Shown: positions 58,240 to 64,000 of the stretch, in pieces
How positions within the stretch are numbered: the first letter of the stretch is position 1
How the letters are laid out: every line of letters starts with the position of its first letter
NCBI GenBank assembly: GCA_047495785.1
Contig: JBLDXI010000015.1
Span: forward strand, 2,108,001 to 2,172,000
Origin: Lepidodermella squamata
Taxonomy: Eukaryota > Animalia > Gastrotricha
DNA length: 64,000 bases
Direction: 5' to 3'
The notes under the pieces: generated by a model
Database searches by the model: none
The model's input: the letters and a program-made list of their open reading frames with translations, nothing else
Told to the model about the DNA's origin: nothing
Translations under genes and position numbers: made by a program

Positions 58240-59417
58240 ATGATTGAAGATTTTCGAATCCAAAATTTGAACAAGCTTAAATCGCTGAATTTGCCAGCGG
58301 AATGGGTCAACATTATCAAACTGAATGATTCAGCCCTCGTCAACATGCTGGTTTCTTACGTTACAGAAAGGAATAACTACCAAAGCCAACTCGAAAATGC
58401 TCTCCTCTATACCAGGGCTACTCTCGAGAAAACTCGCGACTTGTTGGAAAATATGAAATCGAGTCAAGATTCAGAAATTGCGGAGAAAGATATGAAAATC
58501 CGATCCCTTTCCTCGCAAATAAACTGGGAACGGGAGAATTTTCAATCTCAATTATTAGCCAAAGATCGAATAATTTCCGAGCAAAAATCAAAAATTGAAA
58601 TATCGGCCGCTGAATTTCGTGAAACTTCTAGCAATCTTCTGGCGAAAATTACTTCCCTCGAATCGGAAAATATCGAAATGGAAAAGGAAATCAGCCGCCT
58701 TAATAGTCGAATTGCAGAGTTGGACAGCAAATCGGCGGCTCAAAATGAAGTTTTTCGCCGAATTTCGCAAGAATTTGAGCGATTATCCGTTGTTATTAAA
58801 GAACAGGACGAGCAAATTGACGCGTTATCGGCTGAAAAATTTGCGTTGAAAAACCAAAGCTATGAATTTGGTCGGCAACTGGCCGAAAAAAATCAGCAAA
58901 TTTCGGATTTGAGTGCTGAAATAGGAAAATTAAAGGCGAAAACAATTGGTTCTCAGGTTAAGAAAGTTGTCCCATTGCTACAGAGGATCGAATCGTTGGA
59001 AAAAGAACTGAAACACAGCGTCTCCAGCGCTAAATTACAGGAAAAAATCAAGCGATTGGAGCTGAAATTGAAAAATTTAGTAATCAAATCGAGAAAGCTG
59101 GAAAGTACGAATAAAGATCTTAAGAAGTCTGGAGATGAGCAGGAATTGAAAATTGCCAGCTTTTATCAAAGTAGCAACCGGCTGCAGGGCCAGATTGGCG
59201 AGCTGAACGGACGGCTAGCTGCGCAAATCAGCTATTATGAGCGGATTATTTCGGATTTGAAGTCGAATAATGGCTCGATGCAGGTCGAAATCGGCAAGTT
59301 GAGGGTGATGTTGATGCAGTGCCAACAGCAATTGATGCGATTTACTTCAGCCCAGAATGGTAAATTTTTTAATTCTTCGGAAATTTTTATTTTATCATTT
59401 TTTTAGGTCGCTGGTGA
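58240..59417 (+). CDS. CC15: member; exons 58240-59359, 59407-59417
   Basis: Family N-domain; phase-1 intron 59360-59406 gives the C-terminus QNGRW*. Confidence 0.85.
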
Positions 59418-59765
59418 ACTGAAATTTTATATCGAAATAGATTCTATATTTTCTGAAATTTTCGCCAATTAATCGATTGAGTGTCCATTTTACGTTGCAA
59501 GCCGCAAGGAAATGAAACCTATAATTAGCTACCTGTCCAGACTGAAATTTGACCCGCAACCTAAGCTTGCTGATCGATCATAATATCATGAGAGTTCCTT
59601 TATTCTTCGTCAAGTCTTTATCGTTTCTTTCTCCAATCCTCATAGGATCTCTCGTCTGCTTTCCTTTCATTGTTCTGGAATAAATTAATTGTTAATTGTT
59701 TTAAACTGGAGATAATTTTTCGTTAAAATTTAGTAAAAAAATTCTTATTAATTTTTCGGCAAAAA

Positions 59766-60685
59766 ATGGCGACCTTAATGCAACTAGATTTGCCAGTTTA
59801 TTTAAGGAAGCAAATCGATGAATCGAACCTGGAATTGGTTGATGCTTTAACGGCTTATGTTGAAACGCGGAATCGATTCGAATCCGATCTTACCAGTTTA
59901 CTCATTTCCACAAAAGCACGTCACAAGAAAGATGTCGAGCATATGCGGTGCTTGAACGAGGAGAAAAATTCGCAAATCGAAGCGATGAAATCGAAAATGC
60001 GAGATTTATCAAATGAAAACAGCCGCCTTAATGAGAAATTATCGGAATTGGAACGGTTTATTACGAGGAGGAATGCGGAAATGGATGAGGTGAGGCGAGA
60101 AAAATTCGAACTGGAAAATCGAATAGCGAATAATTCTGCCGAGCAAGTTGAAATCGATGTATTGAACTTGGATATCGAATCGTTGAAGAAATGCCGTGAG
60201 GAAGATCGCGCTAAATTCGCCGCTGAATGCGAAAAACTGCGAATAGTCATCAAAGACTTGAAAGTTCAAGTTAAAAATCGTGAAAATTCTATGATGGAAT
60301 TATCGCTAGAAAAGAAGGAATTGTCGAAAAAATTTCGGGATGAGAATGACAAGTTGAAGAAAGAAGTTGAAAACTTGAAGAAATTCAACGATCTTCGAGA
60401 GATGGTATCTCAAATTGAGGCTTTGAAAGAAATCAACGACCAGCAAGCCGATGAAATCAAACGAATGCGAGCTGCGTATTTCAACGAGCGCGTCAAAGCG
60501 GAAAAATCCAGGACGGAAATTCGGAAATTGGAAATCAAAAATAGCGGTAAAAATGGAAATTTTTGGGATTTTTTATTTTAATTTTCAATTTTTCAGATCT
60601 TACTCATGAAATCGTTTCTCTACGCTCTCGTTTATCTTTATGCGTCAACAAGCTGAGGCGATTTCTCCGTCAACCTCAAAATTAG
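59766..60685 (+). CDS. CC16: member; exons 59766-60547, 60597-60685
   Basis: LMQLDLPVYLRKQIDESNLELVDALTAYVETRNRFESDL; phase-1 intron gives DLTHEIVSLRSRLSLCVNKLRRFLRQPQN*. Confidence 0.8.
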
Positions 60686-60849
60686 AACGAATTCTTATCA
60701 TCTCGAAATTATTTTTTGTTGAAAATTCCTGTGCGTAATTCTTGTCGATTTTCGAACTGAACAAATACAACCTTATTTATGAAATCATATCAGTAAATTT
60801 ACGTGTTTTAACGAAGTGAGTTTTCATATTTTTTTAGATCTAGCTGTAA

Positions 60850-61241
60850 ATGCAGAATTTTAATGAAAAACTGTTGAAATCTGCCGATTTACCCGCGGAA
60901 TTGATTTCAAGCATCGATTTTCGAATTCGAAACTAGTACGGGCCGTTTTGGACTTTGCTTCGGGCAAAAAGCAGTTCGAAAAGGAATTGATCGGCCTATT
61001 GGTCCATCGGAAGCGGAAGATTGAAAGCCTCGAGGGTGAATTGTCGGAAATGAGGGCAAAATTGCGGCTATTTGAGGCGCAAAAGCACCAAATCGTGCTT
61101 TTGAATGAACAGCTGAGCCGGGCTCTTGATGACGCCGCCGATGCTAAGCAGGCCTTGCTGGAGCAGAAAGCTACTTTGTTATCCTATGTCGCTGCCAAGA
61201 AGAGTAGGCCTGATCTCGGAAATTTTCACACTGGAGCATAG
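60850..61241 (+). pseudogene. CC17: shortest, last member; 1-nt frameshift in a T run near 60918
   Basis: MQNFNEKLLKSADLPAELISSIDF continues as SNSKLVRAVLDFASGKKQFEKEL only if one T is added to gattttcg; pseudogene or homopolymer error. Confidence 0.7.
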
Positions 61242-62011
61242 AAAAACAGAAGAAATTATGCGTGATTTTTACGAATAGTTTTTATGATTTTTTTAGATCA
61301 TTATTTTCTAATTTTTTTACACTTTTGTTCAATTATTTTCGTCTCGGAAATAGTAAAACTATGAGATTTTTTTCGGTATTTATTTCATTTTTTAGAGTGG
61401 ACTCTAATGTGGCTAAAGCAGAGCCAATTTTTTTCAATTTGCGTCCAACGGCAACATTCCACTTTCTGTTAACCACGAGTAAGCCACTTTCTAGAAATAA
61501 TAGGCTGTATATTTCGCAGAGGGACGCCAGGTGGTTTATCAAACTTGGGGTCTAGCAAATTTGGCGCACGGCGATTTCATAATACTTGGGATTTTGCAGG
61601 CGGATATATTTACTTAATCCTGGCTTTTTCAACAGCTGAGCGAGCGCCTGAAGACTAGTTTGTGCGCCGCTTCTGCTGATAGACCGCATCTTGATATATC
61701 TTCAGGTCTCGGGCAGATGGGTAACATGCGAATTATCTCAAGTGTTATAACATAAATGCGAATCATTCCGTATTGTGTGTATGATGTGTAATCCACGTCT
61801 CGCTCGTGAAACCGCTATCAAGTCAGCCGGTGTAGCGTTCTAAAACGACTCCCCCTTCAATGCGACTCAAAGATCAAAGTTAGCCTCCTTAAAAATGCCG
61901 AAAATCATTTTGATTGAAAAATAATTATTTTCTGTTTTGCATAAGTCTAATTAGTTTCGGCGTCAGAGATGCGCCTTTATTTCTCATTATTTTATTTTAT
62001 TATTTTTTTAG

Positions 62012-62052
62012 ATGGTTTTATTACTGTAGAATCGCTCACCCCAAGCGGGTAG
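62012..62052 (+). other. Isolated ~41-nt exon-like segment
   Basis: Long T-rich tract plus AG before it and a perfect gtaagt donor after it; probably an exon of a gene extending beyond the window. Confidence 0.4.
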
Positions 62053-64000
62053 GTAAGTATTTTTCTTGAAGAAATTTAACTGCAGTGCCGCGGAAATTCG
62101 CGCGCTCTTAATTGCTCATTGTTTCGTAATGCACGCGATCGCACGCAGGTGGTAATTACTGGGGCGTCTGCAAGTCGTCGAAGTGACTTCTTTCCGCAGC
62201 AAAATCAGACACACCGTTGCCCATAATGATCTTGTGGAAATGTGTAATTAGCACTTCCATACCTCAGCTAATGGATAGTCTTGTCTGATTAGCTGCTTTT
62301 TCTGGTGCTTTCTGCAAAATTCTATTCTGCGTGTCTCTCTTCCGCTGTAATTATTGCTCTCTTGGCATCTTTCTCATTCCTTAGTAGATTTCATGTTTCT
62401 ATTCTCAGATGACGCTTCCTAGCAATTAATCTCGTGCTACTTGGCGATTTTATGAATTGAAAATATACGTCATGTGTGTGGTGTCATAAAACTAGTAAAC
62501 ATAAAAACCAGGCGCATTTGCCTTGTTATTCGCAACCACGCTGTTTCTCGTGTCTTTTCATTGCGCCGTTTTCCTTTCTAGGTCAGTGCAGCTGATATGA
62601 ATGTGGCTGAAAGTTGGTCATTATATGATTATTGCCTTCTCAGTTTTGTGCGTAGGGTTTCGCTATTTTTAAGGTGGATGTTTTATTATGTGCGTTCTGT
62701 TCTGCTTTTCTGAATTTTGCCACTTAATCGCAGTCTCTTCTCCCTAGCGCGTTTTCAAGTGGAGGAATGGGTGCGCTTCACGCCCTGTGTTCAATCACGC
62801 GCGGATTCGGCGTTTTAATACGTGTGATAATCCACTTCTGTGTGGGTGTGTGTAACAACGCAACCGCCGATGCAAATCCGCTAAACAGCAAGTACCATCA
62901 CGTCCTTCCGCATCGCACTTTTGTTTGAAGTGCAATGCTGTTAATTCTCGCTCCTCTACCGCCGTCACTCTACCGGTCTGTGTTTTCATGTGATAAAAAT
63001 CGATATCTCGATTACGTTGGTGGCTCACGCTAAAAGCCTCACTAGTATGGGCTCGCCAACCCAGGACTCGCCCAGGGCCATGAGGCCAATAACGACCCTC
63101 CAATGATTTGGCGGTCTCTCTCATTTCCGCCTAATAGATCTAACGGCCGCTTGCAGGGATTAATTTATTGATACCGAAATTTGTAGTTGATGACATTGAA
63201 ACTAGTCTTTTTCTGCGATTCCACCTTACTCTGTCATTATTTACATGTGAATTCCTTGCAAAAGCACGCCACTTGAGACACAGCGTGACGTAAAACAGCG
63301 GGGCGTTTGGTGTACTTTTAATTCTACCGTCTTGCGACGTATCAATCACGCTAAAACTAATAACCGCGGGGGTTGTTAATAACCGCGAGCAGTAACAATT
63401 TGCGCGTCAGAATGCCCGTGATTCGTAATTACGACTGCCGCACATTTCGCCAAACTTGATCAAACGCATTTCACGCATTTTACTCAAAAGCTGCGTGGTC
63501 TAATTTATGGCTAGCAAATTGAGCCGGTGCCGTAGGCTGGTTGGTGTTGGTAGCCGGCGGCCGTGGGAGACGCAGCACGCGGGACACTTTTTATATTATT
63601 TCAAATTCTCGAAAAGCGTAAATTTTACTCGTAGTGCGTGCAACCAGCCATGCGTTGTTGTCATCACCGCGGCGCTGCTAGTTTTTGCCGTTACGTTACA
63701 CGACCGCACAATGGCTGCAGTATTATAAATACCCCCGCCGTAATAATAATAGTAATCGTGATAGATGCTTTTTCTCTCTCCAACAAAAAATAAAGAGGAC
63801 CTGTTTTTCAAGTCGCGGCTTTGAATCGCATCAACAATGTACCCACTTTATTATTTATGTTATTTCTTTTACCAACGTCTACTGTAATTCTCAACGCTTT
63901 AACTACTTGATTCATTACTATCATCGTCGTCGTTTGATTGAATGAGTAGTAACTTGGCCTGGCCGGATGTTTTGAGTGTTGAAGAGGGCGTCGTCGACAA

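Noticed and set aside
10090-61241. Naming the coiled-coil genes SMC, myosin, tropomyosin, lamin or golgin
   Set aside because: No Walker motifs, motor domain, intermediate-filament rod-end consensus, CaaX or GRIP signature; any hits would likely be compositional.
62795-63945. Short ORFs at the right end
   Set aside because: No codon-usage or motif support, and no consistent splice structure.
1-64000. Prokaryotic reading of the ORF track (GTG/TTG starts, bacterial operon or defence island, CRISPR)
   Set aside because: Spliceosomal introns, Pol III-type tRNAs without encoded CCA and eukaryotic transposons are present; no repeat-spacer array was seen.

Overview
This is eukaryotic, compact-genome DNA with many 45-60 nt GT-AG introns and T-rich acceptors. 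A GPx1-like gene suggests a chordate, most likely an appendicularian tunicate, but that is inference. The left 9.3 kb holds an intronless GABA-B-like class C GPCR, tRNA-Arg(CCG), a glutathione-peroxidase homologue lacking all four catalytic residues, tRNA-Ala(TGC), and a protein with degenerate p53-like motifs. The main feature is a ~51 kb head-to-tail array (10.1-61.2 kb) of 17 plus-strand coiled-coil genes, called CC1-CC17 here. Fifteen clearly share an unrecognised ~55-aa N-terminal domain (L[KQ]SL[DN]LPxxLxxxI[DN]xS[DN]xxLVxALxxYVxxRNxY[EDQ]xxLxxxLxxxKE) followed by highly divergent coiled coils. Several members carry NLS-like motifs, and one has eight CxxC motifs. Most genes sit 130-350 nt apart and have an orphan splice acceptor just upstream of the ATG, as expected for an SL-trans-spliced operon or a shared-leader unit. 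Transposon debris (hAT, Gypsy, MULE, CACTA, Harbinger, several MITEs) and a second, antisense micro-exon gene family lie in introns and spacers.
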